Assembly (NCBI GenBank): GCA_049517295.1
Contig: JBEKSF010000005.1
Span: forward strand, 1 to 64,000
Reading direction: 5' to 3'
Length of the DNA stretch: 64,000 bases
Origin: Verrucomicrobiota bacterium
GTDB taxonomy: Bacteria; Verrucomicrobiota; Verrucomicrobiia; Limisphaerales; Palsa-1400
Under the pieces are notes generated by a model. The model was not told the DNA's origin. It ran no database searches and saw only the letters and a list, made by a program, of their open reading frames with translations. The position numbers and the translations under genes are program-made. Shown in pieces: positions 9,674 to 18,516 of this stretch; position 1 is the stretch's first letter, and each line of letters opens with the position of its first letter.

Positions 9674-11365
9674 TCAGCTTGCTGCCGCTTCCTCCAGCCT
9701 CTCCCCGGCCGGCCCGGCCGAGTCCGGATGATGAAAGGGCGCCAGTATCGTGACCAGGATCGATGGCCCGGCCGCCAGCAGTACTATGATGAAAAACCAC
9801 TGGTAGCCCACCCACGATTCTATGTAGCCGCTGACCGCCCCCATCGACATCATGCACGCCCCCATCAGCGCGGTGGCAAAGGTGTAATGCGCCGTCTTGT
9901 ACGGCCCGGGCGCAAGTTGCTGCATCATATATACTATATGTCCAACGCAGCCTATTCCCCACCCCAGTTTCTCCAGCGTGACTATCGCCGCAATCACCGA
10001 ATAACTATACGGACGCGTCTGGCTCAGCACCAGAAACGTCACGTTGGGCACGTTCAGGCACAGACAAAGGATCACCAGCGTCTTCCTTAGTCCGAATCGC
10101 GACACAATCCACCCGCCGACCAGCGAACCGACAATGAACGCCCCCGTGCCGTACGTTCCGTTGATGTCCCCCAGCACCTGGTTCGATAGCCCAAGCCCGC
10201 CCGCCGTGCGCGCCGCCAGCATAAACGCCGGTCCTATCTTGTCGATCAGCCCGAAGCCCAGCCGGTAAAAATAGGCAAAGGCGATCATCTTCCACACGTC
10301 CTTCTTTTGGAAAAACGTCGCGAATGCGTGGCCGAAGGTCCCCATCGCGTCGCCAAAACTCTCGGGCGTGTCCAGCGCCGCCGCTCCCGGCGGCAGTAAC
10401 CGGCTGTGGTAAAAGCCTGCCACAAACATCACCCCCGCAATGATCGTCAGTATGATCATCCATGAACTTCCCCAATCCCTCGGCGCGGCGTTCCTCAACA
10501 AATCCGACGGGTACGCGTCCTCCAATAGCAACCGGTTCAGCCGCGCCAGCTTGTCCCCTTGCGGATTCTCCGCAAGCAATTCAGCCGTTTGCGCCCGCAA
10601 CGTGACGTTCTGAAACCGCTCCTTCTCGAAAATGCGCTTCCCCTCCACAACGTTGTTAAATTGCTGAACCAGGATCGCCTTAACTTCTCGCTCATCCGAT
10701 CTTTGGCCTCCGGCCAGCGCCTCGCGGGCGGATTTTTCAAATTCCCCCATCAAGAACACGGACACCGCATCCTTCTTCTCCTCCAGCTTCGCCACCAACG
10801 CCGGCGGATTGACTATTGCCGATGCGCTCAGCGTCGAGTAACCCTCATGCAACACCCCGCTGAAATGGATCAACGGCCCCGCTGCCAGCAGATACCCCGC
10901 GTTCCAGCACATACTCTGGAACCCCGTGTACTTCGCCATGTCTTTGGGGCTGAGTGTCGTCACATACACCCCATCCGATCCAATGTCCTGTGTCGCCCCG
11001 AGCAACCCCACCAGCGCCAGCAACACGATCGTCGGCCACAGCCACGTCATGCCAGGCAGCTTCAGGCTGAACGCCGCCCCAACCAGCGCGCCGCCCAGCA
11101 GAAACTGCATCAGCACCACAAAAAACTTCTTTGTCCGGTACAATTCCAGCACTGGCGCCCATATAAACTTGAACGTGTAGGGAAACCCCAGCAGGCTCGA
11201 CCACAGCGCCGCCTGTTGCACTTTCATCCCCATGTTCAGGAACATCACATTGGCAACGCTGCCCACCGTCACATAAATCAGCCCCATCGCCAGATAACTC
11301 GAAAGCACCCACAAAAACGGATGGGGATAGGCGGGTTTATTCCCGCTGCTTTTGGTTTCGCTCAT
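9674..11365 (-). CDS. MFS permease of the AmpG/PAT family with a large central cytoplasmic insert
   Basis: FKFIWAPVLELY and GATQDIGSDGV align to AmpG FKFLWSPLMDRY and SASQDIVFDAW. The protein has 12+ TM segments. The track start at 11377 is TTG; an ATG (MSETK) at 11365 is more likely. It is the first gene of the 4-gene minus-strand operon. Confidence 0.6.
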   Translation of the reverse strand: MSETKSSGNKPAYPHPFLWVLSSYLAMGLIYVTVGSVANVMFLNMGMKVQQAALWSSLLGFPYTFKFIWAPVLELYRTKKFFVVLMQFLLGGALVGAAFSLKLPGMTWLWPTIVLLALVGLLGATQDIGSDGVYVTTLSPKDMAKYTGFQSMCWNAGYLLAAGPLIHFSGVLHEGYSTLSASAIVNPPALVAKLEEKKDAVSVFLMGEFEKSAREALAGGQRSDEREVKAILVQQFNNVVEGKRIFEKERFQNVTLRAQTAELLAENPQGDKLARLNRLLLEDAYPSDLLRNAAPRDWGSSWMIILTIIAGVMFVAGFYHSRLLPPGAAALDTPESFGDAMGTFGHAFATFFQKKDVWKMIAFAYFYRLGFGLIDKIGPAFMLAARTAGGLGLSNQVLGDINGTYGTGAFIVGSLVGGWIVSRFGLRKTLVILCLCLNVPNVTFLVLSQTRPYSYSVIAAIVTLEKLGWGIGCVGHIVYMMQQLAPGPYKTAHYTFATALMGACMMSMGAVSGYIESWVGYQWFFIIVLLAAGPSILVTILAPFHHPDSAGPAGERLEEAAAS

Positions 11366-11544
11366 GTTGGCAGGCAATAAAAGAAGTCCGGTATTCCCGA
11401 TCTCCTCTTTCCCTGGCGCCGCCGCGATCCAGTCGCGCGAACACCGTTCTTCCGGGCTTCTGGCGCGCTGTTATATCAGTCTGGCATCCTCCCGCAAGCG
11501 ATTTCTCTCCCGCGCTCAAAACACCTTGCCCCCGCCGCCATTCC

Positions 11545-11730
11545 ATCACCGTTGTGCCTCCTCGGTTTTGGGTAGCGCGATCCGTCCCGGTCGCCGTGGC
11601 GGGCGTCTCGCCCGCCACATTCTTACCCCCATGCTGGTTCCATCGCGATGCCTTCCGATCCGCGCCTGTGCCGCCCGCCCGTCCGTGCCAGTCCGTGCCC
11701 ATCCCCGTTTCCAAATCCGCCCCGCGGAAT
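11545..11730. repeat. Direct repeat A, copy 1 (~186 bp, non-coding)
   Basis: It begins atcaccgt..ctcggttttgggtagcgcgatccgtcccggtcgcc and ends ..ccccgtttccaaatccgccccgcggaat. It contains the hairpin ggcgggcGTCTCgcccgcc. It is ~93% identical to copy 2. Confidence 0.8.
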
Positions 11731-11860
11731 TCTCTGTCCATCTTGCCTCTTTTATAGAGTGCGGCGACGCCGCTTTCGACGTTACAGAGGCGCTGGAAAA
11801 CTCCGAGGCGGCGTAAACACGTTGCATCAAAGCCGCGTTGCATCCGTATTCCCTCTTGCG

Positions 11861-12055
11861 ATCACCGTGCCGGCTCCTCGTTTTGGGTAGCGCGATCCGT
11901 CCCGGTCGCCCGTGGTGGGCGTCTCGCCCGCCACATTCTTACCCCCATGCTGGTTCCATCGAGATGCCTTCCAATCCGCGCCTGTGCCGCCCGCCCGTCC
12001 GTGCTCGTCCGTGCCAGTCCGTGTCCGTCCCCGTTTCCAAATCCGCCCGCGGAAT
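11861..12055. repeat. Direct repeat A, copy 2 (~195 bp, non-coding)
   Basis: It is near-identical to 11545-11730 with a ~10-bp insertion (gtccgtgctc). Copy spacing is ~316 bp. Confidence 0.8.
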
Positions 12056-12411
12056 CGGTGCCCATCTGTGGCTCAAAAAAAAACTTCAAAAATTCTGCGC
12101 TTTTTCCCCCAGTCGGTTTTTCCCCCTCGTGAAAATGTGATCAACTCCTGCGCGTGAGCACAAATATGCTTGCCCGGCGGCTTGTCCGCCATAGCTTTCG
12201 CGAAGGCGGGTCCATCGCCCGGCGCCGTCCGCCGGGCCGCCGCCGCTGCCGCGCTCTCCGCGCCACATCGGACTCCCTTGCCGTCGCAAAATGGATTCTC
12301 TCTCACAGAGACGCCGAGTTCGCCGAGAAAAAAAAGAACAGTGATTGCCTTCTCCGCGCGCGATTCCTGAGAAAGTGGGGCTTTGGGTTGTCGCTCCGCC
12401 GCGCCGCGCCC

Positions 12412-12565
12412 CGCGTTCTCTGCGCGGGCCTCCCTTTTCACATGCCCAAAAACCCTCAAAAACCCCGGCATTTGCTGCCATTTGCGACCGATTGCCACTA
12501 TATGCCCGCCCTCCCACAAGATACTTATTTTCGTCCCTTTCGTCCTTTCTCGTCCCTTCCCCTGG
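12412..12565. repeat. Direct repeat B, copy 1 (~155 bp, non-coding, pyrimidine-rich 3' part)
   Basis: ccttttcacatgcccaaaaaccctcaaaaaccccggcatttgctgccatttgcgaccgattgccac followed by tttcgtccctttcgtcctttctcgtccc. Confidence 0.7.
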
Positions 12566-12885
12566 CCGCTGCCTGCCTATGCTCCCGTCCTTCAAGCTCT
12601 TGTGCTCTCCGCCAAAGCCCAACCCGCCGCCATCGCCGTGAGGACAACCTCTCAACAATTCGCTCTATTTCCATTTTTTCAACTCTATTTCCAACGGATT
12701 GCCACCCGCTCCATAACGTCCAACCCATTGCGCCAAAGCCACTTGCAAGCAACGTGACCACTCTTCCATTAGCAAACCTTATCAACTATTAACACTATTT
12801 TGAATTTTCTCACCTTTTTATGAACGACAAGCGCCCGTCTTTTGTCCTCCCACCGCTCAACGGTCCAGCCTCCACGCCCTCCGCA

Positions 12886-13045
12886 GTCTCCGTGCGTCTC
12901 TCCCTTTTCACGATGCCAAAAACCTTCAAAAACCCCGGCAATTGCTGCTATTTGCGACCGATTGCCGCCCGTTGCCACCCATCCAAGCTCAGCCGACCCC
13001 CCCTATTTTTTCGTCCCTGTCGTCCTTTTCGTCCTTTCTCGGCCC
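12886..13045. repeat. Direct repeat B, copy 2 (~160 bp), immediately upstream of the GH125 start
   Basis: ccttttcacgatgccaaaaaccttcaaaaaccccggcaattgctgctatttgcgaccgattgccgcc ... tttttcgtccctgtcgtccttttcgtcctttctc. It is ~75% identical to copy 1 and ends ~45 bp before the GH125 ATG. Confidence 0.7.
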
Positions 13046-13090
13046 GTCCGCAAAAGCGCGCCGGCGGGGCCTCGCAATAAAAATGGAGCA

Positions 13091-14536
13091 ATGCGAGCCG
13101 GCCTGATATACAACATCCCCATGAACCGAAGAGAGTTTATCACGCAAACATCAATGCTGGCCTCCGGTCTCATGGCCGGCTCCGCCGCTTGGGCCCAACA
13201 GACCGCCTTTCCCGCCGTGCGCATTCCCGAAGCCATGCGCAAGTTCACCAGCCCCGCGGTTGAAAAGGTCATCGCCCAAGTTCAATCCTCCATTGGCAAC
13301 AAGGAACTGGCCTGGATGTTTGGCCATTGCTTTCCCAACACCCTGGACACCACTGTGGAGTTCTCCGTCCTCGATGGCCGCCCCGATACTTACGTGATCA
13401 CCGGTGACATTGACGCCATGTGGTTGCGCGACAGCTCGGCCCAGGTCTGGCCTTATGTTCCGCTGACCACCGAGGACCCCAAACTCCAACAATTGATCGC
13501 CGGCGTCCTGAACCGCCAGACCCGCTGCATTCTCAAGGACCCCTACGCCAACGCTTTTTACAAAGACGCCAACAAGATCAGCCCGTGGAAATCCGATTTC
13601 ACCGATATGAAACCCGGCGTCCACGAACGAAAATGGGAAATCGACTCCCTCTGTTACCCCATCCGCCTCGGCTACCACTACTGGAAAACAACCAACGACA
13701 CCGCGCCCTTCGACGGCGCATGGCGCATGGCCGTCGCGCTGGTCCTCCAAACCTTCCGTCAACAACAACGAAAACACGGCCCCGGCCCCTACCATTTCCA
13801 GCGCGAGACCCGCACCCCAAGCGACAGCCTGGCGGGCGGCGGCTACGGCGCCCCGGCCAAACCGGTCGGCTTGATTTTCTCCATGTTCCGGCCCAGTGAC
13901 GATGCCACCATGTTCCCGTTCCTGGTGCCGTCGAATTTCTTCGCCGTCGTCAGCCTGCGCCAGGCGGCCGAGATGCTGGACCAGATCGCCCGCGACGCGA
14001 CCGCCGCCGCCGACTGCCGGGCCTTGGCCGCTGAAGTCGAGGCGGCCCTGAACCAATTCGCGGTCGTCGAACGCGAGCCGGGATCAAAAGTCTTTCCCTA
14101 CGAAATCGATGCCTACGGAAACAGTTATTGCATCGACGACGGCAATGTTCCCAGCCTGCTCTCGCTGCCGTACCTGGGCGCCGTCAAGGCCGACGACCCC
14201 ATTTACCAGAGCACCCGGCGCATGGTCCTCTCCGACGCCAATCCTTACTATTGCCGCGGCAAGGCGGCTGACGGCCCCGGGGGGCCTCATGTCGGCATGG
14301 ATATGATCTGGCCGCTGGGCCTGATCGTCCAGGGCCTGACCAGCGCCGATGACGACGAAATCCGCCACTGTCTGATCACGCTGCAAAAGACCCACGCCGG
14401 CACCGGTTTCATGCACGAGGCCTTTAACAAGGACGACCCAAAAAAGTTCACCCGCTCCTGGTTTGCCTGGGCCAACACGATCTTTGGCGAGTTGGTGCTC
14501 AAAACCTTTCACCAACGCCCCCGCCTCCTGGATTGA
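13091..14536 (+). CDS. GH125 (DUF1237) exo-alpha-1,6-mannosidase-like protein with Tat signal peptide
   Basis: Start MRAGLIYNIPMNRREFITQTSMLASGLMAGSAAWAQ carries a twin-arginine RREFI motif. The conserved GDIDAMWLRDSSAQ motif of the GH125/DUF1237 family is present. The track ORF start (TTG 12842) runs through non-coding repeat B and is rejected. Confidence 0.65.
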   Translation: MRAGLIYNIPMNRREFITQTSMLASGLMAGSAAWAQQTAFPAVRIPEAMRKFTSPAVEKVIAQVQSSIGNKELAWMFGHCFPNTLDTTVEFSVLDGRPDTYVITGDIDAMWLRDSSAQVWPYVPLTTEDPKLQQLIAGVLNRQTRCILKDPYANAFYKDANKISPWKSDFTDMKPGVHERKWEIDSLCYPIRLGYHYWKTTNDTAPFDGAWRMAVALVLQTFRQQQRKHGPGPYHFQRETRTPSDSLAGGGYGAPAKPVGLIFSMFRPSDDATMFPFLVPSNFFAVVSLRQAAEMLDQIARDATAAADCRALAAEVEAALNQFAVVEREPGSKVFPYEIDAYGNSYCIDDGNVPSLLSLPYLGAVKADDPIYQSTRRMVLSDANPYYCRGKAADGPGGPHVGMDMIWPLGLIVQGLTSADDDEIRHCLITLQKTHAGTGFMHEAFNKDDPKKFTRSWFAWANTIFGELVLKTFHQRPRLLD

Positions 14537-14543
14537 ACTTCAA

Positions 14544-16616
14544 ATGAAAAAAACCTCCCTCACTCTCTGGTGCCTCGCTCTCTGCTTGACGGCGCGCGGC
14601 GACGAAGGCATGTGGCTGTTCAATCAGCCGCCACGCGAAATGCTCCGCCAGCGCTACCACTTCGACGCCACCGACGCCTGGCTCGATCATCTGCGCATGT
14701 CCTCCATCCGCTTCAATTCCGGCGGCTCGGGCAGCTTCGTCAGCCGCGACGGTCTCCTCATTTCCAATCATCACGTCGGCGCCGACGCCCTTCAAAAACT
14801 CAGCACCCCCGAAAAGGACTACGTGCGGGACGGCTTTTACGCTTCCACGCCGTCGGACGAAATCAAGTGCCTGGACCTCGAGCTGAACGTGCTCCAATCA
14901 ATGTCCGATGTCACCGCCCGCGTCAACGCCGCCGTGCCGCCCCAGGCCGACCCGGCCGCGGCCTTCGCCGCCCGGCGCAAAATCATCGCCCAAATCGAGA
15001 AGGAATCGCTCGACCAATCCGGCCTGCGCTCCGACGTCGTCACCTTGTGGGAAGGCGGCGCCTATCACCTCTATCGCTACAAGCGCTACACCGACGTGCG
15101 CCTCGTCTTCGCTCCAGAAGCCCAAATGGCCTTCTTCGGCGGCGACCCGGACAATTTCGAGTATCCCCGCTATGACCTGGACATCTGCCTTTTCCGCGCC
15201 TACGAAAACGGTCAGCCCGCGCGCATTGACGATTATCTGCGCTTTTCCGCACAAGGCCCGCGGGACGGAGACCTGGTCTTTGTCTCGGGCAATCCCGGCG
15301 GCACCGCCCGCATGTTGACGGTCGCCGAACTGGAGGACCTGCGCGATCACACCGTGCCCTTCCGTTTGGAAACGCTCAAACGGCGGGAAGTCCTGCTGGA
15401 GGCCTGGAGCGCCCGCGGCCGGGAGAACGCTCGCCGCGTCAAAGAGATGTTGTTCGGCGTCAAAAATTCACGCAAAGCTTTTGATGGCCGCCTGGCCGGC
15501 CTCCTCGACCCCGACTTGATGGGCGCCAAAATCAAGGCCGAGGCCGATTTCGAGGCGCGCCTCGCGGCCCGGCCCGATCTGGCCGGCGCTCTGGCCGCTT
15601 ACGACAAAATCGCCGGCGCGGTGAAAACCCTCTCCGCCCAGTCTGTCAGATATAATTTCTTCGAAGGCGGGCTGGCCTTCAGCTCCGATTGTTTTCATTT
15701 CGCGCGCACCCTCCTCCGCGCCGGCGACGAGCGGCCCAAGCCCAACGGCGAGCGCCTGCGCGAATTCTCCGATTCCGGCCGCCTTTCCCTCGAACTGGCC
15801 CTCTTCTCCGCCAAGCCGGTCTATACCGACGTGGAGACGCTCACCCTGGCCGATTCACTTACCTGCATGGCCAACCGCCTGGGGACCGATGACCCCCTGG
15901 TGCGCCAAATCCTTCGAGGTGAAACCCCGCGCCTTCGCGCCGGGGAATTGCTGGCCGGCACACGGGTGCGCGACCTCGCCTTCCGCCGCAAACTCTACGA
16001 GGGCGGGGCGGCCGCGATCCAGGCGGCGCGCGATCCGATGATTGAACTGGCGCGATTGGTCGATCCGGAGGCGCGCGCGTTGCGCAAGGTGGCCGAGGCG
16101 CAAAACGAAGTCAAAAACCAGGCCCATGCCGCCATCGCCCGGACGCGCATTAGTCTTGATGGCATGTCCGGTTATCCCGACGCCACCTTCACTCTGCGAC
16201 TGTCCGTGGGCGTGGTCAAAGGCTACGAGGAAGACCGGCGCTACGTCGCCCCTTTCACCTCGCTGGCCGGCCTCTACGCCAGGTCCGCGGAAATGGACGG
16301 CCGCCCGCCCTTCGACCTTTCGCCCTTGTGGGTCAAGCGCAAGACCCGTCTTAATATGGGCACGCCGCTGGATTTCGTCAGCACCGACGACATCATCGGC
16401 GGCAACTCAGGCAGCCCGGTGGTCAATCGCGCGGGCGACTTTGTTGGAATTATATTTGACGGCAATCTGCAAAGCCTGCCCCTGGACTACGCCTACGAGG
16501 AGAAGCAGGCCCGCGCCGTCTCGGTCGATTCGGCGGCCATCCTGGAGGCCCTGCGCCATCTCTACCGCGCCGGGCCGCTGGCGCGCGAACTGGCCGACGG
16601 CGCAATGAGTCAATAA
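14544..16616 (+). CDS. S46 family dipeptidyl-peptidase (DPP7/DPP11-like), secreted
   Basis: Start MKKTSLTLWCLALCLTARG (signal) is followed directly by the DEGMWLFNQ motif. A catalytic-Ser region GGNSGSPV lies near the C-terminus. Both are hallmarks of S46 peptidases. Confidence 0.75.
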   Translation: MKKTSLTLWCLALCLTARGDEGMWLFNQPPREMLRQRYHFDATDAWLDHLRMSSIRFNSGGSGSFVSRDGLLISNHHVGADALQKLSTPEKDYVRDGFYASTPSDEIKCLDLELNVLQSMSDVTARVNAAVPPQADPAAAFAARRKIIAQIEKESLDQSGLRSDVVTLWEGGAYHLYRYKRYTDVRLVFAPEAQMAFFGGDPDNFEYPRYDLDICLFRAYENGQPARIDDYLRFSAQGPRDGDLVFVSGNPGGTARMLTVAELEDLRDHTVPFRLETLKRREVLLEAWSARGRENARRVKEMLFGVKNSRKAFDGRLAGLLDPDLMGAKIKAEADFEARLAARPDLAGALAAYDKIAGAVKTLSAQSVRYNFFEGGLAFSSDCFHFARTLLRAGDERPKPNGERLREFSDSGRLSLELALFSAKPVYTDVETLTLADSLTCMANRLGTDDPLVRQILRGETPRLRAGELLAGTRVRDLAFRRKLYEGGAAAIQAARDPMIELARLVDPEARALRKVAEAQNEVKNQAHAAIARTRISLDGMSGYPDATFTLRLSVGVVKGYEEDRRYVAPFTSLAGLYARSAEMDGRPPFDLSPLWVKRKTRLNMGTPLDFVSTDDIIGGNSGSPVVNRAGDFVGIIFDGNLQSLPLDYAYEEKQARAVSVDSAAILEALRHLYRAGPLARELADGAMSQ

Positions 16617-16618
16617 TA

Positions 16619-18241
16619 TTATTTGGAGGATTTCGACGCCGATGCCGCGGGCGCTGCCGACGCCCGCGCCGGCTCCGGCGCTGCCGCGCGAACCGGCTCC
16701 GCCTGCGCCGCCGGGCGGCTGGGCGCCTCCAATGCGCGGGCTGCCCGATTGCCTCCCTCAAAGCCCGGCGTGCTGCCCCGCGAACGTTCCGCCATTCCCC
16801 CTTCCGCCCAGTTCCGCCATTGGTGATGCTCCGGACGCTCCACCCGCGCCGCCTCCCCAACGCTCGACTTGACGTAGTGATTGACAATCGGCGGGGCCGG
16901 CGTGGCAAAGCGCAATGGCGGCAGTTGCACCGGTTGCCCGGCGGTGGCGTCCGCCCCCGGGAAAAGCGCCGGTTCCAGCGCCTGGGCCGACGCGAGCGTA
17001 GCGGGACTTTCCGTCGCCGTAGGCGAGACAGACGGTTTGTTCAACAAGTACGAACTGGACTCTGATGACGCCAATGACGAAGCCTTCGCCGCATCGGGCC
17101 GGTACACGGCCAGTGTCTTGCCCCCAAGGCCCGCCCCGGCCCCGGGCGGGGTGGAAACCGGACGCAGGGCGACTTGCCGCGCGGGCTGTTCGGTGGCGGC
17201 GGCCACCTCGTCGCGGCTGATGCCGCCATTGATGACCTTGTGGTCCGCCACCGTATAATGGTTCACCACCACGCTGGCGCTGGCCAGCGCCGCCGCGTGA
17301 GCCGGCGTGGCAACCCGTCGCGGCAAATTGCGGCTGAGGAAATTGTTCATGTTGACAAAGACGAACGAAGACGGCGCCAGGCCGAAATCAAAACCCGCTC
17401 CGATGGGATGTCCATTATAGGTCAACTGCGCCAGCACGTTGAGGCTGACGCCGGGCGGCAGCGGCGCCCATCCAATATAAGAGGGAGCCGAACGCCAGCC
17501 AACCCAGGCCGGCCCCCAAACCTTGCCGGGCACCCAGACCCACCCGTAAGGCGGCGCCTTCACCCAACCGCCGTAATGAAACGCGGCCCAACCCCAGGAA
17601 TAATCCGACTGCCAATACCAGCCGCTGTCGGTGTCAAGCCACTGGCCGTGGTCCAGGTAGGGCTGCCAATCCGGGTTGAGCACTTCCACCGTTGGCTGCC
17701 AGGAGGAACCGTAATCGGGCACTTGAACCCACGCGCCATACGAAGCAAGCGCGCTGGCGAAAACTGGTGCGTTGGCGTCCGGCGGCGGCGGCGCGGGAGG
17801 CGGGGTGGGCGGCGCATTCACGGGCGCCTCGCCGGTGTCATCCGCCATCTCCGTCCCCGCGGGCGCCGTGCCTTTGAACAGAGCCGCGATAACATTTTGG
17901 GACAAGCCGAGATCGGAAAGATAGAGGATTTCGTCCGCCGTCGGCGTGTACCTTCGGCCCGAATTCTGAATGAACGCCAGGACAACACCTTCGTCCACGT
18001 GCGATTCGGCAAGCCGGATGATTTCCGCCAGACCCGGCGACAAATTGGCCGGCAAAGCCGGCTCCCCCGCCGATTGGATGCCTGCGGCTTGCTCGTCAAC
18101 GGCAACCGGGGCGGTGGCGCGCTCTCCTGTGGATTGCGGCTGTGTGCGGGTATCGAAGTGAGCAAAAGCGCCGACGACGATAATTGCCGCCGTCCCGAAA
18201 ACCACGAGCCAGGCGGAAGTGGGCAACTCTGGAGTCTTCAT
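16619..18241 (-). CDS. Membrane-anchored hypothetical protein with Pro-rich linker and Trp-rich repeat domain
   Basis: Start MKTPELPTSAWLVVFGTAAIIVVGAFA is a single N-terminal TM segment. PPTPPPAPPPP is a linker. The W-rich block is SGWYWQSDYSWGWAAFHYGGWVKAPPYGWVWVPGKVWGPAWVGWRS. No confident family assignment was made. Confidence 0.55.
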   Translation of the reverse strand: MKTPELPTSAWLVVFGTAAIIVVGAFAHFDTRTQPQSTGERATAPVAVDEQAAGIQSAGEPALPANLSPGLAEIIRLAESHVDEGVVLAFIQNSGRRYTPTADEILYLSDLGLSQNVIAALFKGTAPAGTEMADDTGEAPVNAPPTPPPAPPPPDANAPVFASALASYGAWVQVPDYGSSWQPTVEVLNPDWQPYLDHGQWLDTDSGWYWQSDYSWGWAAFHYGGWVKAPPYGWVWVPGKVWGPAWVGWRSAPSYIGWAPLPPGVSLNVLAQLTYNGHPIGAGFDFGLAPSSFVFVNMNNFLSRNLPRRVATPAHAAALASASVVVNHYTVADHKVINGGISRDEVAAATEQPARQVALRPVSTPPGAGAGLGGKTLAVYRPDAAKASSLASSESSSYLLNKPSVSPTATESPATLASAQALEPALFPGADATAGQPVQLPPLRFATPAPPIVNHYVKSSVGEAARVERPEHHQWRNWAEGGMAERSRGSTPGFEGGNRAARALEAPSRPAAQAEPVRAAAPEPARASAAPAASASKSSK

Positions 18242-18384
18242 GCTCAATAGCACCGACGCTGGGGCGGCGGGTATATTCAATTAACGCCACTTTGGATTTG
18301 GCCGCAAGCCCAAATCCTCTTGCAATGGGGTTTCCAGAATCGGCTTGCTCCGGGAGTGTTCTGGTGCGATTAACAATACGCGGT

Positions 18385-18473
18385 GGAGAGATGGCAGAGC
18401 GGTTTAATGCGCACGCCTGGAGAGCGTGAGTGCCTAAAACGCACCGGGAGTTCGAATCTCCCTCTCTCCGCCA
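18385..18473 (+). tRNA. tRNA-Ser (anticodon GGA), type II with long variable arm, CCA encoded
   Basis: Acceptor GGAGAGA/TCTCTCC. Anticodon stem CACGC/GCGTG with loop CTGGAGA. T-arm GGGAG-TTCGAAT-CTCCC. It ends GCCA. Confidence 0.85.
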
Positions 18474-18516
18474 CTCCTCTGGCCATTGCCTGTGGCCATT
18501 CTCTCCCGCTGGGAAT

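Noticed and set aside
11545-13045. Possible CRISPR array
   Set aside because: The repeats are 155-195 bp long, occur in only two copies each and are imperfect, with no short regular spacers. There are no cas genes in the window.
12842-13090. Track start (TTG 12842) of the GH125 ORF and other ORFs in 11.4-13.1 kb (e.g. 12154..12792, 212 aa)
   Set aside because: The region is made of non-coding direct repeats. The translations are low-complexity Pro/Arg/Ser. The GH125 Tat signal begins at 13091-13121.
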